NCBI GenBank assembly: GCA_046483495.1
Contig: JAWODC010000026.1
Location: 1 to 64,000 of the forward strand
DNA: 64,000 bases
DNA from: Desulfobacterales bacterium
GTDB taxonomy: Bacteria; Desulfobacterota; Desulfobacteria; Desulfobacterales; UBA5616
Reading direction: 5' to 3'
Shown here: positions 27,702-38,053 of the stretch, in pieces
Numbering within the stretch: the stretch's first letter is position 1
How the letters are laid out: each line of letters opens with the position of its first letter
Position numbers and translations under genes: made by a program
The notes under the pieces: model-generated
Seen by the model: the letters and a program-made list of their open reading frames with translations, nothing else
What the model was told of the DNA's origin: nothing
The model's database searches: none

Positions 27702-27986
27702 TCAGCTGCGTGCCACGAATTTGAAAAAGCGGCTCAAATCGCCTTCTTTCGTCCTTTCCTGGTAAAGAAAGGCAAGATTGGATTCTTCAAATTTGTCGAA
27801 AAATTCCTCCCATGATATTTCCTTCAAGTTAGGCTCTGTTTCATAATCGGGAAAGTGGATCCGCAGAATTCCCGCTTCCTCCTCGTTGCGGGATGTTCCT
27901 TCTACACTTGCGGGTACACCATTCCGCTCCTCCGCCCATTTGCGTATGGTATCGTGATCGGTGGTTTGTTTGGATTCTCCTGACAT
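27702..27986 (-). CDS. Conserved small acidic protein, unknown function
   Basis: GGAGG RBS; 'TTDHDTIRKWAEER…LRIHFP…ISWEEFFDKFEE'. Confidence 0.8.
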   Translation of the reverse strand: MSGESKQTTDHDTIRKWAEERNGVPASVEGTSRNEEEAGILRIHFPDYETEPNLKEISWEEFFDKFEESNLAFLYQERTKEGDLSRFFKFVARS

Positions 27987-28009
27987 GGAAACCTCCTCAT
28001 GCTGTTTTT

Positions 28010-29089
28010 TTATTGGTCCAAAACGCCGCTTTTTCGAGTCCTGCCGGAATGCGGCCTTTTATAGGCGGATGCATAAATGGACTCCAGGGCGAAGGCAACC
28101 GGTATGATCCCGGCCGCTTCAGGATCGTATCGCCGGCTTCTGCTCAACCGATTCACCCAGTCGACAGCCGACCGGCCCCACCAGGTGTCTTTGGAGTCTG
28201 CTGCGATCACCTCTTGTGTTGTTTTCCGGAACAGCTTGGTCTCGAAATCAAAAAAAGATCCGTTTATATTGGAAAGGCAGAGTCCGCCCTCACTGCCGAA
28301 AAACGCGATCCGGATTACGGCATCACAGCCGGCCGGCAAGTTCCAGGAACACGCCAATGTCGCCGTAACGCCGTTTTCAAGATCCAATCGGGCTGCCGCA
28401 TAATCTTCGACCCGGACGCCCGGTCGATCCATTGCATCTCCGTTGGAAAACATCCTGCCGGAAGCCGATACGGGTGCCGGAAAATCGAGAACCCACAGCA
28501 GCAGATCGATTAGATGGACGCCTAAATCCATCACGCACCCGCCCCCGGCGGCGACCGGATCATAGTACCACGGTTTATCCGGTCCGTAGGCATTGTGGAA
28601 AACGAGATCCACGGCAAATATGCGGCCGATGTCACCGTTTCCCACCCGTCGGCGAATCTCACGCATGCCGTTCAGGTGCCGGTATGAAAGGTCGATCCCG
28701 ATCAGGCGGTCCGCAAGGATTGCTGAATCGATGATGCTCCGGGTCTCCGATGCGGTCGTGCCGAGCGGTTTTTGGCAGTAAACGGCAAGACCGTGTTCAA
28801 GCGCTCGTACGGCGTGTTCAAAATGGAGCGCCGATGGTGTGGCGATAACCACGCCATCGATTCCAATATCCAGCATTTCCTGGAATGTTTCACAGACCGC
28901 GGTTCCGGAAAAATTTTTTGCGGCCTTTTCGGCGGCTGCGCGATCCACATCCATGATGGCCGCTATGTCACCACGGCCATGCTGCTGAATGGCTTCCAAG
29001 CGGCTTCTTCCGATCCATCCGACACCCAGAAAACCGAGCCGCGGGCGGGAAAATACATCCATGCGGATGGCTGTTGTCGTTTGTGTCAT
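28010..29089 (-). CDS. Gfo/Idh/MocA family oxidoreductase
   Basis: 'GFLGVGWIG', 'IATPSALH', 'CQKPL', 'GGGCVMDLGVH'. Confidence 0.9.
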   Translation of the reverse strand: MTQTTTAIRMDVFSRPRLGFLGVGWIGRSRLEAIQQHGRGDIAAIMDVDRAAAEKAAKNFSGTAVCETFQEMLDIGIDGVVIATPSALHFEHAVRALEHGLAVYCQKPLGTTASETRSIIDSAILADRLIGIDLSYRHLNGMREIRRRVGNGDIGRIFAVDLVFHNAYGPDKPWYYDPVAAGGGCVMDLGVHLIDLLLWVLDFPAPVSASGRMFSNGDAMDRPGVRVEDYAAARLDLENGVTATLACSWNLPAGCDAVIRIAFFGSEGGLCLSNINGSFFDFETKLFRKTTQEVIAADSKDTWWGRSAVDWVNRLSRSRRYDPEAAGIIPVAFALESIYASAYKRPHSGRTRKSGVLDQ

Positions 29090-30072
29090 GGGAGAGCCAG
29101 AGCCTTTAAAAAGTTATCCGGCCGGCGCTCAAGCATGTAAAATGCATCATCCAGGCGATCCAGACGGAATGTGTGGGTAAACAGCGTGTCCGGCGACAGG
29201 CGCCCGGTTGAGACGGCTTCGATCGCCGTCCGGATGCCGTCTACATAGATCATCGGATCCCGTTCATGGGCATTGATGACATCCAATCCTTTCCAATTCC
29301 ATAATTGCATGTTTACCGTCCGCAGACCTTCCTGGTGAAAGCCGGCGATGACCAGGCGCCCACGAACGGTGGTGATTTCACCGGCTAAATCGAGGGTATT
29401 CTGCTTGCCTGCGGCTTCGATCACCGTATCGCAGAAGCGGTTTTCCGTAAATTTTGCGACCGTATCGATGACATCGGTGCCGCCGTCCATGCGTATCGTT
29501 TTCCAGGCCCCGTTTCGCATGGCAATGTCTAAGGCGAACGGCCGCCGGGAAACGGCAATAACACGTGCGCCGGCGTTTTCGGCCAGTTTCGTCAGCAGGG
29601 CTCCCTGAAACCCGATTCCCAGCACGGCAACGGTTTGCCCCTCGGTTATCCGGCTGCGGTTTATGATGTTCATCGCGCAGGCAAGCGGCTCCGCCGGAAA
29701 GGGTTTGTCATCCAGGAATTCCGGCAGATTCACCACCTGTTCTGCGGCGGCGATGTCGAATTCCGAGTAGCCGTGATAAGATAGAAAAGCCACTCGGGCG
29801 CCGGGGTCGAAATCACGCACACCGGCCCCGACTTTGTCGATCCGTCCCCAGGCTTCGTGTCCGGGAGCGCCGGGTTGGGCCGGATAGTCGAACCACGGGC
29901 TGCCTGACCATACCGGCAAATCCGAACCGCATATGCCGCATCCTTCGATTTTGACACGGACCTCGTTTTCCCGGGGTTCGGGAATCGGAAGGTGGGCAAT
30001 GTCGAATTTTCGAGGTTCGGAAAGAACCGCGGTTTTCATACGAACCTGCCGGAAGGGAACCCTTCTGATCAT
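29086..30072 (-). CDS. Zn-dependent MDR dehydrogenase (polyol dehydrogenase-like)
   Basis: 'GICGSD', 'GHE', 'GIGFQG'; no structural-Zn Cys cluster. Confidence 0.88.
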   Translation of the reverse strand: MIRRVPFRQVRMKTAVLSEPRKFDIAHLPIPEPRENEVRVKIEGCGICGSDLPVWSGSPWFDYPAQPGAPGHEAWGRIDKVGAGVRDFDPGARVAFLSYHGYSEFDIAAAEQVVNLPEFLDDKPFPAEPLACAMNIINRSRITEGQTVAVLGIGFQGALLTKLAENAGARVIAVSRRPFALDIAMRNGAWKTIRMDGGTDVIDTVAKFTENRFCDTVIEAAGKQNTLDLAGEITTVRGRLVIAGFHQEGLRTVNMQLWNWKGLDVINAHERDPMIYVDGIRTAIEAVSTGRLSPDTLFTHTFRLDRLDDAFYMLERRPDNFLKALALP

Positions 30073-31148
30073 GCGGAGACCTCACTTGAGGCGATCGTGT
30101 ATGCCTCTTTTCTTCTCTCCTGCATCAGCCATTCGTTCAGCCTGTGAATGCCTTGTGAAATATCGACTTTCGGCGACCATCCCGTCGATGTGCTGAATTG
30201 TGCAATATCGGAAACATAGTACTTCTGATCGCCTTTGCGCCAATCCGAAAAAAGCAGGCGGGGATTGCATCTGCAGGTATCCGAGATAAGCCGGATCATT
30301 TCCAGAATGCTGATCCGGTTGCCGGGTCCGCCGCCGATATTGAACGCCCGGCCTGCTATGGCTGCCATTTTGTCCTGGGCCAGCAGCAGTGCATCCACCA
30401 GATCTTCCACAAACAGGACATCGCGCACCTGAAAGCCGCTTCCATAGACCGTAATCGGCTGATGTTCAAGAGCCCGAATCATAAAATGGGCGACCCAACC
30501 CTGGTCCTCCGTACCGAATTGATGGGGGCCGTAGATGCAGCTCATCCGATAAACCACCGCCGGAAGGCCGAAAGTCCTGGCGTAATCGAGGACATACTGG
30601 TCGGCCGCACCCTTCGAGCACCCATATGGGCTCACGAATTCCAGAGGCCGGTTTTCATCGATGCCCCGGGTTGCGAGGTCCTGTTGGATCGGCTCATAAT
30701 GTCCGCCGTTTTTGTGCAGTGGTATATCTTCGAGGTTTCCATATACCTTGTTCGTGGAGGTAAACACCAACCCGGGAGGATGCTTCATTTTTCGAATCTG
30801 TTCCAACAGCATAAACGTTCCCTTCAAATTCACGTCGAAATCTTCGGCCGGAGAGGTCAGGCTGGTCGTCACCGCCACCTGGGCCGCAAAATGGTAAATC
30901 CGGCCGGCTGATGTCACCGCCGTTTCGAGAGCAGGCCCGTCGGTGATATCCGCGATATGGATTTGCAGGGCTTCACCATGGCGTCGGCGCAGCCATTCGA
31001 GATTGTGTTGCACACCCTCTCTGGCCAGGTTGTCCAAAATGAGCACCCGTTTGCCCTCGGAAAGAAGACGATGGGCGAGGTTGGTGCCGATAAACCCGGC
31101 GCCACCGGTAATCAGCACGGGCTTGTCGGCTGCATTGCAATGGGTCAT
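30069..31148 (-). CDS. NAD-dependent epimerase/dehydratase (CDP-tyvelose/paratose 2-epimerase-like)
   Basis: TGGAGFIG, 'AAQVAVTTS', 'STNKVYG', YGCSK, 'EDQGWVAHF'. Confidence 0.88.
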   Translation of the reverse strand: MTHCNAADKPVLITGGAGFIGTNLAHRLLSEGKRVLILDNLAREGVQHNLEWLRRRHGEALQIHIADITDGPALETAVTSAGRIYHFAAQVAVTTSLTSPAEDFDVNLKGTFMLLEQIRKMKHPPGLVFTSTNKVYGNLEDIPLHKNGGHYEPIQQDLATRGIDENRPLEFVSPYGCSKGAADQYVLDYARTFGLPAVVYRMSCIYGPHQFGTEDQGWVAHFMIRALEHQPITVYGSGFQVRDVLFVEDLVDALLLAQDKMAAIAGRAFNIGGGPGNRISILEMIRLISDTCRCNPRLLFSDWRKGDQKYYVSDIAQFSTSTGWSPKVDISQGIHRLNEWLMQERRKEAYTIASSEVSA

Positions 31149-31177
31149 GCCTCTTTTCCCTTCCTCGAAATGATGCT

Positions 31178-32302
31178 TTACAAGGTCAAACCGTAGGATG
31201 CCAGTTCACTCGCGGCGGTCTCTACGCGGTCTTCTGCAATTCTCCCCTTCAACCAATCGGAATAGTCACGAAGGCCTTTACCGAACATCACCCCGGGCTG
31301 ATATCCCAGCATTTTTTCGGCCCGGCCGATGTCTGCGAAGCAATGCCGAATATCACCCGTTCTGTATTTTCGGGTGATCATGGGACGGATCGCTTCCCTT
31401 CCAAGTATTTCGGCCATATCTTCGGCTATGCTTAGGATCGTCCGCGCCGACCCGCTTCCGATATTGAATACCCCTTCTGTGGATGCCGGTGCTTCCAGGG
31501 CGAGTCGGCAGGCTGCGGCGACATCATAGACGCTGACAAAATCGCGCATCTGAGCGCCGTCTTCAAAAATGAGCGGCGGTTTGCCGTTTAAATACCGTGC
31601 AGCAAAAATCGCCATCACCCCTGTATACGGATTTGAAAGCGCCTGCCGGGGTCCGTATACATTGAAAAACCGCAGAGCAATCGTCGGAATGCCGTATGAA
31701 CGGCCGATCATGAGCGACATGCACTCCTGGTCGTACTTGGAAAGTGCGTATACCGATGCAAGGGAGGGTGATTTCGTTTCGGGTGTAGGCAAGGGTTCGA
31801 GCCGGTTGCCATCAGTGTCCCTGGGCTCCCAGATGCCGTTTCTGAGGTGGTCCGGCTTTCGTTCACAATCATTCACCAAGGCATGATTTCCGTTTTGCGT
31901 CCGATACAATCCTTCGCCGTAGATGCTCATACTGGAGGCGACTACAAATTTTTTCACCGGATTTTTCATAAGTTGCTTCAAGAGAACGGCAGTTCCGAGA
32001 TTGTTGCAGCTCGTGTAATGGTCCGGTTGGTACATGCTTTGACCGACGCCCACGGCCGCGGCAAGATGAAAAACCGCATCGACACCCTTCAATGCTTGCT
32101 CGAGCAGCTCGGCATCCCGAATATCGCCGTAGATGAATTCGGCTTCCGGGTTCAAATAATCAGGAGCGGTCTGCCGTTTTCCGTGCACCTGTTCGGAAAG
32201 GCAATCAATCACTCGTACGGCATAGCCGTGGGAAATGAGTTCATCGCAAAGATGGGATCCTATGAACCCGCCTCCCCCCGTGATCAAAACGGTTTCCCTC
32301 AT
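31178..32302 (-). CDS. NAD-dependent epimerase/dehydratase (extended SDR)
   Basis: TGGGGFIG, 'AVGVGQSMY', YALSK, 'SNPYTGV'; GGAGG RBS before ATG 32302. Confidence 0.88.
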   Translation of the reverse strand: MRETVLITGGGGFIGSHLCDELISHGYAVRVIDCLSEQVHGKRQTAPDYLNPEAEFIYGDIRDAELLEQALKGVDAVFHLAAAVGVGQSMYQPDHYTSCNNLGTAVLLKQLMKNPVKKFVVASSMSIYGEGLYRTQNGNHALVNDCERKPDHLRNGIWEPRDTDGNRLEPLPTPETKSPSLASVYALSKYDQECMSLMIGRSYGIPTIALRFFNVYGPRQALSNPYTGVMAIFAARYLNGKPPLIFEDGAQMRDFVSVYDVAAACRLALEAPASTEGVFNIGSGSARTILSIAEDMAEILGREAIRPMITRKYRTGDIRHCFADIGRAEKMLGYQPGVMFGKGLRDYSDWLKGRIAEDRVETAASELASYGLTL

Positions 32303-32682
32303 GACACAATACCTCCGTAACACGTATCCATATGAACCCGTCATGCAAGCTAAATTCGTATTTCGGACCGATCTTTTACCTTTTCGGTAACATGGGGGGG
32401 TGGCGACCTAAATACCCGAAACGGTGTATTGTTCGGCCGATTTTTGGGTAGATCAAATTAAAAGTAAAATAAAAAACTTAAAGGCAAAATTGACGGGAAT
32501 ATCGAGCGAAATAAGGGATGGTTTGGAATGAAATACAGGGTTATCCTATTTGCCGGTGGAAAATTAATATTTAATATGAAACGGGTGGATGCAACAACCG
32601 TGTGCCTCTTCAAAGGGGAGTTGAACCAAGCCGCACGGCCCGAAATCAACCCGGCCCCGTGCACGAAAATGGTGACAAGGAC

Positions 32683-33807
32683 ATGATGAATATTTCTCTT
32701 TTTTATCACTCGCTGGTTTCCGACTGGAATAACGGGAATGCTCATTTTCTGCGGGGAATTGTAACGGAATTGGTGTCCCTGGGGCACCGGGTGACCGTTT
32801 ACGAGCCGGCCGACGGATGGAGTTTTCAAAACCTGAAACAGGAGGTTCGGACGGATCCGATCCCGGAATTCTGCCGCAACTACCCGCTGTTACGGAAAGC
32901 TATCTATCGGTACCCGGTTGACTTTGACCCGGCGCCGGTCCTGGAATCATCGGACCTCGTCATTGTTCATGAATGGAATACGCCGGACCTGGTCCGCCGA
33001 ATCGCCCGGCATCGAAAAAGCGCCACGAGTTATAAACTGCTGTTTCACGACACGCATCATCGCGCATTTTCTCAGGCCCGAAGTTTGGAGGCATTTTTGT
33101 TGGATTACTTTGACGGTGTTTTGGCCTATGGAGAATCCATTCGGCAAATTTATCTGGATAAAGGGTGGAACCGACGGGTTTGGACCTGGCATGAAGCCGC
33201 CGATACACGGGTATTTCGACCGCTGCCGGACCGCGAAAAAAACGGGGATGTTGTCTGGATCGGCAATTGGGGCGATGAGGAGCGGACCGCCGAGTATGAA
33301 GAATTTTTGCTCCACCCCGTCCGAAGCCTGAACCTGAAAGCCTGTGCTTATGGTGTGCGGTATCCCGACAAGGGTCGTGAACTGCTGGAAAAAGCCGGTG
33401 TGGCCTATCATGGATGGTTGGCCAACTACAGGGTTCCTGAGATTTATGCGCGGTTTTCGGCCACCTTGCACATCCCTCGGGGCCCTTACACGCGCCATTT
33501 GCGGGGAATCCCCACGATTCGTCCTTTCGAGGCACTTGCCTGCGGCATTCCGCTGATTTCAACGCCATGGGATGATGCCGAGGGGCTTTTTACGCCGGAA
33601 AGGGACTACATGACGGCGAGGACCGGCCGGGAGATGAAGGATATTCTGTTCATGCTCCTCGAAGACGAGGATTTTCAACGGAGCCTGGGTGAATCCGGCC
33701 GACGCACCATTATGGAACGGCATACCTGTTTCCACCGCGTGCGGGAGCTGATGTCGATCTGCGGGAAAATCGGCATCGACCCGGAAAAACGGGTTTCCTT
33801 CAACTGA
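32683..33807 (+). CDS. CgeB-like glycosyltransferase (divergently transcribed)
   Basis: 'SDWNNGNAHFLRG', 'HDTHHR', 'PTIRPFEALACG'. Confidence 0.85.
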   Translation: MMNISLFYHSLVSDWNNGNAHFLRGIVTELVSLGHRVTVYEPADGWSFQNLKQEVRTDPIPEFCRNYPLLRKAIYRYPVDFDPAPVLESSDLVIVHEWNTPDLVRRIARHRKSATSYKLLFHDTHHRAFSQARSLEAFLLDYFDGVLAYGESIRQIYLDKGWNRRVWTWHEAADTRVFRPLPDREKNGDVVWIGNWGDEERTAEYEEFLLHPVRSLNLKACAYGVRYPDKGRELLEKAGVAYHGWLANYRVPEIYARFSATLHIPRGPYTRHLRGIPTIRPFEALACGIPLISTPWDDAEGLFTPERDYMTARTGREMKDILFMLLEDEDFQRSLGESGRRTIMERHTCFHRVRELMSICGKIGIDPEKRVSFN

Positions 33808-33883
33808 GCATTCAATGTTTTCGGTGATTCGAGGCTCCTGCACAGGGGCCCATCGGATCTGCCATGAACCCCGAATGATGCAT

Positions 33884-34246
33884 TTACTGATTTATTCGCC
33901 ATGGCAGCCTGCCGCTTAGTTCGATTTCCAGTGTAAAGCTTAGAAACGTCCGTATGCCTACGATAATCGCCAGGATTCCCATGCTTTTGTATGAAAATTC
34001 GACGGCAATGGTATGAACGATATCCGCCGCGACAAGCAACTCCAGGCCGAGAAGAATGCCGCGTCCGAGGGATTGACGGGCGTTGTTTACGAGAACTTCG
34101 AATTCGACTTTCCTGAGCAATTGGATAACGCCGTTTATGAGGGAATAAAACGCAATCAGAGTAATCACGCTGACACCGATGACTTCCAGAGTTGCCGCAC
34201 TCATTTCCGCTATCGATGTGGTGAGCTGAATCACGATTGTCCCCAC
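33884..34246 (-). CDS. DUF1622 family membrane protein
   Basis: 'LGRGILLGLELLVAADIVHT…IRTFLSFTLE…PW'. Confidence 0.85.
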   Translation of the reverse strand: MGTIVIQLTTSIAEMSAATLEVIGVSVITLIAFYSLINGVIQLLRKVEFEVLVNNARQSLGRGILLGLELLVAADIVHTIAVEFSYKSMGILAIIVGIRTFLSFTLEIELSGRLPWRINQ

Positions 34247-34349
34247 ACGAAACCTAACCGCCCGCCGTCCCTGGACCTGCCATACCGTTTAGAAATACAT
34301 CCGATTGGGGTGGTCGACCGGGTTTTTTTTAAATTCGAGATATATTTTA

Positions 34350-34892
34350 TCAGAAGTATACGCGCAAGCCCATTTTCAAGCCCGCATCCCACTGTTCGAG
34401 ATCACCGTCGTTGACATAAATGTCATCCGTAGCCCAGCTTAAAAACAGGTTGGTGTCGATAGCGACATAATTGCGCAGAAACCATTTTACGCCTACCCTG
34501 GGTTCGATGAGAATAGTCACCTCATCGTCGCCCGTATCGATATCCGCAAACAGAATTCCCAGATCGGATCCAACATACGGGTAAAGATGGGATTGATAGG
34601 GGAGGTGGTGCTCCAGAAAGGCGCCGAGAGCAATGCGGTTGACGTCGCCGTCGGATTCCCGGGACCAGCTCGCAAAGGCGCCGATCTCCTGAAAGTCATT
34701 GAAATAAAACATGCCGTAAGAGGCGCTTATGTCGACATCCACTCCTCCTTCAGGACCGTCAAAGTCGATCATGCCTGAAAGCCCGATCTCCTGGGTTCCC
34801 TTCTCGATTAGAGCGTCGGTCTGTGCCGTGGCCGCATCGGAGAGCGCCAATACAAACATTCCGATCAGTGCAAAGTAAGCGATTTTCTTCAT
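34350..34892 (-). CDS. Small outer-membrane beta-barrel protein
   Basis: Signal peptide; amphipathic strands; C-terminal 'GLRVYF'; AGGAG RBS. Confidence 0.8.
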   Translation of the reverse strand: MKKIAYFALIGMFVLALSDAATAQTDALIEKGTQEIGLSGMIDFDGPEGGVDVDISASYGMFYFNDFQEIGAFASWSRESDGDVNRIALGAFLEHHLPYQSHLYPYVGSDLGILFADIDTGDDEVTILIEPRVGVKWFLRNYVAIDTNLFLSWATDDIYVNDGDLEQWDAGLKMGLRVYF

Positions 34893-35345
34893 GTTATTCT
34901 CCTTTCTTGATTTCTGTTGAATGCGGGCGGTTCAACTGGGATCCACTCAAATTTCACCGCCATGGGGATGATCGGCGGAGTTTCCGGGCCATATTTCACC
35001 TAAAACCGCTTGCCAACCAAAACGCATTAAGTTTAGTTTTAATCCAACCATCCAAAAGAAAATTAAAAAATACCTGTGAATCCGTATTGAATCATTTAAA
35101 AGACAGTATAAATGCCTGATAAGGAGAAGTGTCGTGCAGAATACCGGATTGTTTCCGGGAGGAATCGATGGCATTCATTCGAAAAGAATGCGCGTTTTAA
35201 GCCGGCATTTACATGAATATCGAAATCGAAATACCATGTAATGTCCATTTTCGGCGGCCGCTCAAAATGGGACTTAACCAACTGTCTTCTCCGGTATGAA
35301 TGCAAACGTTCGTCAAGAGGCGTACAGGGCGAAAGGGGATCATCA

Positions 35346-36650
35346 ATGGCGCACTATTCGACAGGGCAAGGCTATCACCGGTTCGTTCACCGCTTGAACC
35401 GGTTTCCGCAAGGCGCGCCGCCATCCAAAAGCCTGTTCAACATTCTTCGCATACTCATCGATGAAGAGGAAGCCGGCTTGCTTTCAATGCTGCCGCTATT
35501 GCCGTTTCGCGCCGAAAAAGCTGCATCGGTGTGGAAAATGAAAACATCCCGTGCGCAAAACTTGTTGGACGGTTTTTCCGGCCGGGCGCTTCTTTTGGAC
35601 ATGGTAAACGAAAAAAGGGAGCGATATTATGTTCTACCTCCACCCATGGCCGGGTTCTTCGAATTTTCCATGATGCGGTTTCGTGAGGATATCGATCAGA
35701 AGCTTCTCGCGAAATATTTTTACCAATACATCAACGAAGAGGTGGATTTTATCCGGGCTTTATTCCCTGCCGACCAGGTCGGTTTCGGAAGGGTGTTCGT
35801 ACATGAACCCGCTCTAGAAGACCGGCAGCGGGTGGAAATACTTGACTATGAAAAGGCCGGCCATATTATTGAGACGGCCCGATGCATCGGGGTCGGTCTG
35901 TGCTATTGCCGCCACAAAATGGCACACGTGGGTAAGGATTGTGATACGCCGAAGGACATGTGCCTGACGCTCGGGTTTGTCGCCGAATCCCTGATCCGGC
36001 ACGAATTTGCCAGGAAAATTGGCGCGTCTGAAGCCATGGACATTCTTCAGGCGGCGTATGCACTGAATCTGGTTCAATGCGGCGAAAACGTGCGCCAAGG
36101 TGTCAGTTTTATATGCAACTGCTGCAAGTGCTGCTGTGAGGGGCTCATCGCCGCCCGAACATTGGGCCATTCCCATCCGATCTGGACGACCAATTTCTTT
36201 CCTCAACCCGGCGTCGGCGAATGTTCAGGATGCGGCACGTGCATGAATGTCTGTCCGGTTGATGCCGTATCGGTGCATGCCGCCGAAGGCCGGTCCGAAG
36301 TATTTTCGGTTGAAATAGATTTGGAAATTTGCCTGGGCTGCGGCATTTGCGTCCGAAATTGCCCGACAGGGGCCATACGGCTCACAGAAAGAAGTGAGCG
36401 CATCATAACGCCTGTCGATTCCATCCAAAGAACCATACTGATGGCCATAGAACAGGGGCTTCTCCAGAATCTGGTCTTCGACAATCCGTCCTTGATGCAT
36501 CACCGTGCAATGGCGGCCCTATTCGGGGCCGTATTGCGGCTTACGCCGGTAAAGCAGGCCCTTGCCGCTCGGCAGTTGCAGTCCCGTTGGCTCGATGCCG
36601 TAATTAACATCGGCGCACACCGGTCGGGTTGGATACCCCTGTTTCGGTGA
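35346..36650 (+). CDS. Multi-domain 4Fe-4S protein (Cys-rich core + C-terminal dicluster ferredoxin)
   Basis: CYCR…C…C, CNCCKCCC, CSGCGTCMNVCP, CLGCGICVRNCP; RBS before ATG 35346. Confidence 0.85.
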   Translation: MAHYSTGQGYHRFVHRLNRFPQGAPPSKSLFNILRILIDEEEAGLLSMLPLLPFRAEKAASVWKMKTSRAQNLLDGFSGRALLLDMVNEKRERYYVLPPPMAGFFEFSMMRFREDIDQKLLAKYFYQYINEEVDFIRALFPADQVGFGRVFVHEPALEDRQRVEILDYEKAGHIIETARCIGVGLCYCRHKMAHVGKDCDTPKDMCLTLGFVAESLIRHEFARKIGASEAMDILQAAYALNLVQCGENVRQGVSFICNCCKCCCEGLIAARTLGHSHPIWTTNFFPQPGVGECSGCGTCMNVCPVDAVSVHAAEGRSEVFSVEIDLEICLGCGICVRNCPTGAIRLTERSERIITPVDSIQRTILMAIEQGLLQNLVFDNPSLMHHRAMAALFGAVLRLTPVKQALAARQLQSRWLDAVINIGAHRSGWIPLFR

Positions 36651-36773
36651 AGGCCGATTGCTCTCGAGACATATTCTTGTCGCTTTAAAGCAGGGATTGC
36701 GTTTTTTTCGAAGGATTTAAAAAAGGCGGGAACGCCGCATCCGGCTCCGAAAATGGGGTTTTCACTTTGGCGA

Positions 36774-37682
36774 TTAGTCTTCGGTCCGGACGGCGTGGTC
36801 TTCCGGTTGTATTCGTTTGCCGTAATTTCGGGCATATACCTGCGTAAATTCCGCCCCCAAAAAACAAATCAATGCCGAATAGTATATCCATATGAGCAGC
36901 ACCACAAAGGACCCGGCGGCGCCGTATGCACTGCCGATGGCCCGTCTGCCCAAATACATCCCGATCAGGGATTTGCCGATCGAAAAGAATCCGGCCGTAA
37001 TCATTGCGCCGACCAGAACATCCCGCCATCTGATTTTGACATCAGGCAAATACTTGTAAACCATCGCGAACAGAAGGGTTGCCATAACAAATGAGATCGC
37101 AAACGAGGAGAACTGCCAAATCCACGAAAGGGCTTCAAATTGTTGCGACGCTATCTGCTCGATGCCGCTGACCAGGGCACTGAAAACCATTGAAACCAAC
37201 AGGAGAAAACCGACGGACAGCACAATTCCGAACGATCGCAGCCGGTCTCGTATAAATCCTTTTATCATACCGGCATCCGGGGCCGGCTGGACTTTCCATA
37301 TGGTGTTCAGCGCCGATTGGAGGTTTACGAAGACGGCGGTGGAGCCCAGAAGCAGCGCTGCGATGCCGACGATGATGGCTCTGACGCTTCCCCCGATTTC
37401 ATCGAGGTTATTGAGAACCTGGCGGGCGACAATTTCACCCTGATTGCCTGTCATCATTCCAATTTGCTGTATGACCTGATGCTTGGCTTCTTCCTGGTTG
37501 AAAATCAGACTGGCAAGGCCGACGGAAACGAGCAGTATGGGCGCCAATGAAAAAACCGTGTAAAACGCGAGGGAAGACGCCAATCGGAATGCATCGTCAT
37601 TCCACCACTGGCGAAATGCGACGGTCGTCATCTCCCATGCCGCTTTCACGTGAGCTTTGATTTTGGAAACCGGTTCCGGCAT
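36774..37682 (-). CDS. YihY/BrkB family membrane protein
   Basis: 'SLAFYTVFSLAP', 'LNTIW', 'YGAAGSFVVLLIWIYYS…GAE'. Confidence 0.9.
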   Translation of the reverse strand: MPEPVSKIKAHVKAAWEMTTVAFRQWWNDDAFRLASSLAFYTVFSLAPILLVSVGLASLIFNQEEAKHQVIQQIGMMTGNQGEIVARQVLNNLDEIGGSVRAIIVGIAALLLGSTAVFVNLQSALNTIWKVQPAPDAGMIKGFIRDRLRSFGIVLSVGFLLLVSMVFSALVSGIEQIASQQFEALSWIWQFSSFAISFVMATLLFAMVYKYLPDVKIRWRDVLVGAMITAGFFSIGKSLIGMYLGRRAIGSAYGAAGSFVVLLIWIYYSALICFLGAEFTQVYARNYGKRIQPEDHAVRTED

Positions 37683-38053
37683 GGCTGCTCCTTTATGTCT
37701 AAAGCATTTTTATAAAATTCCAAGGGGTTTGAAAATACGGGTCAACCCCTATTTTCTTTCAAAATGGAATGCAAAAGAAAACGGGGCAAATGCGATCTGC
37801 AAACGGCATGTCACGAGGCGGAAAAATGCAGGATATACCGGTGATTTTCTCGATCATTTACCTGAAAACCCTCCTTTTTTGGATACCTGTTGAATGATAT
37901 GAAAAAGGTTGTCATCGTGTGCCGGCATTTAGAGAAACGATACTCGGGCTGTAAATGAAACGGCTGATTGCCGGAAAATTGCGAATCTGCTCAGGCGGCG
38001 AACGTTATTGATTGCCTGTTCAACGAATCGGCCGTTTATTTATAGGAGATGAA

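Noticed and set aside
32520..32544. SigB/SigF-like promoter GTTTGG-N11-GGGTTAT before the divergent CgeB-like gene
   Set aside because: Spacing is short and similar boxes upstream of other stress genes are inconsistent; cannot be supported by eye
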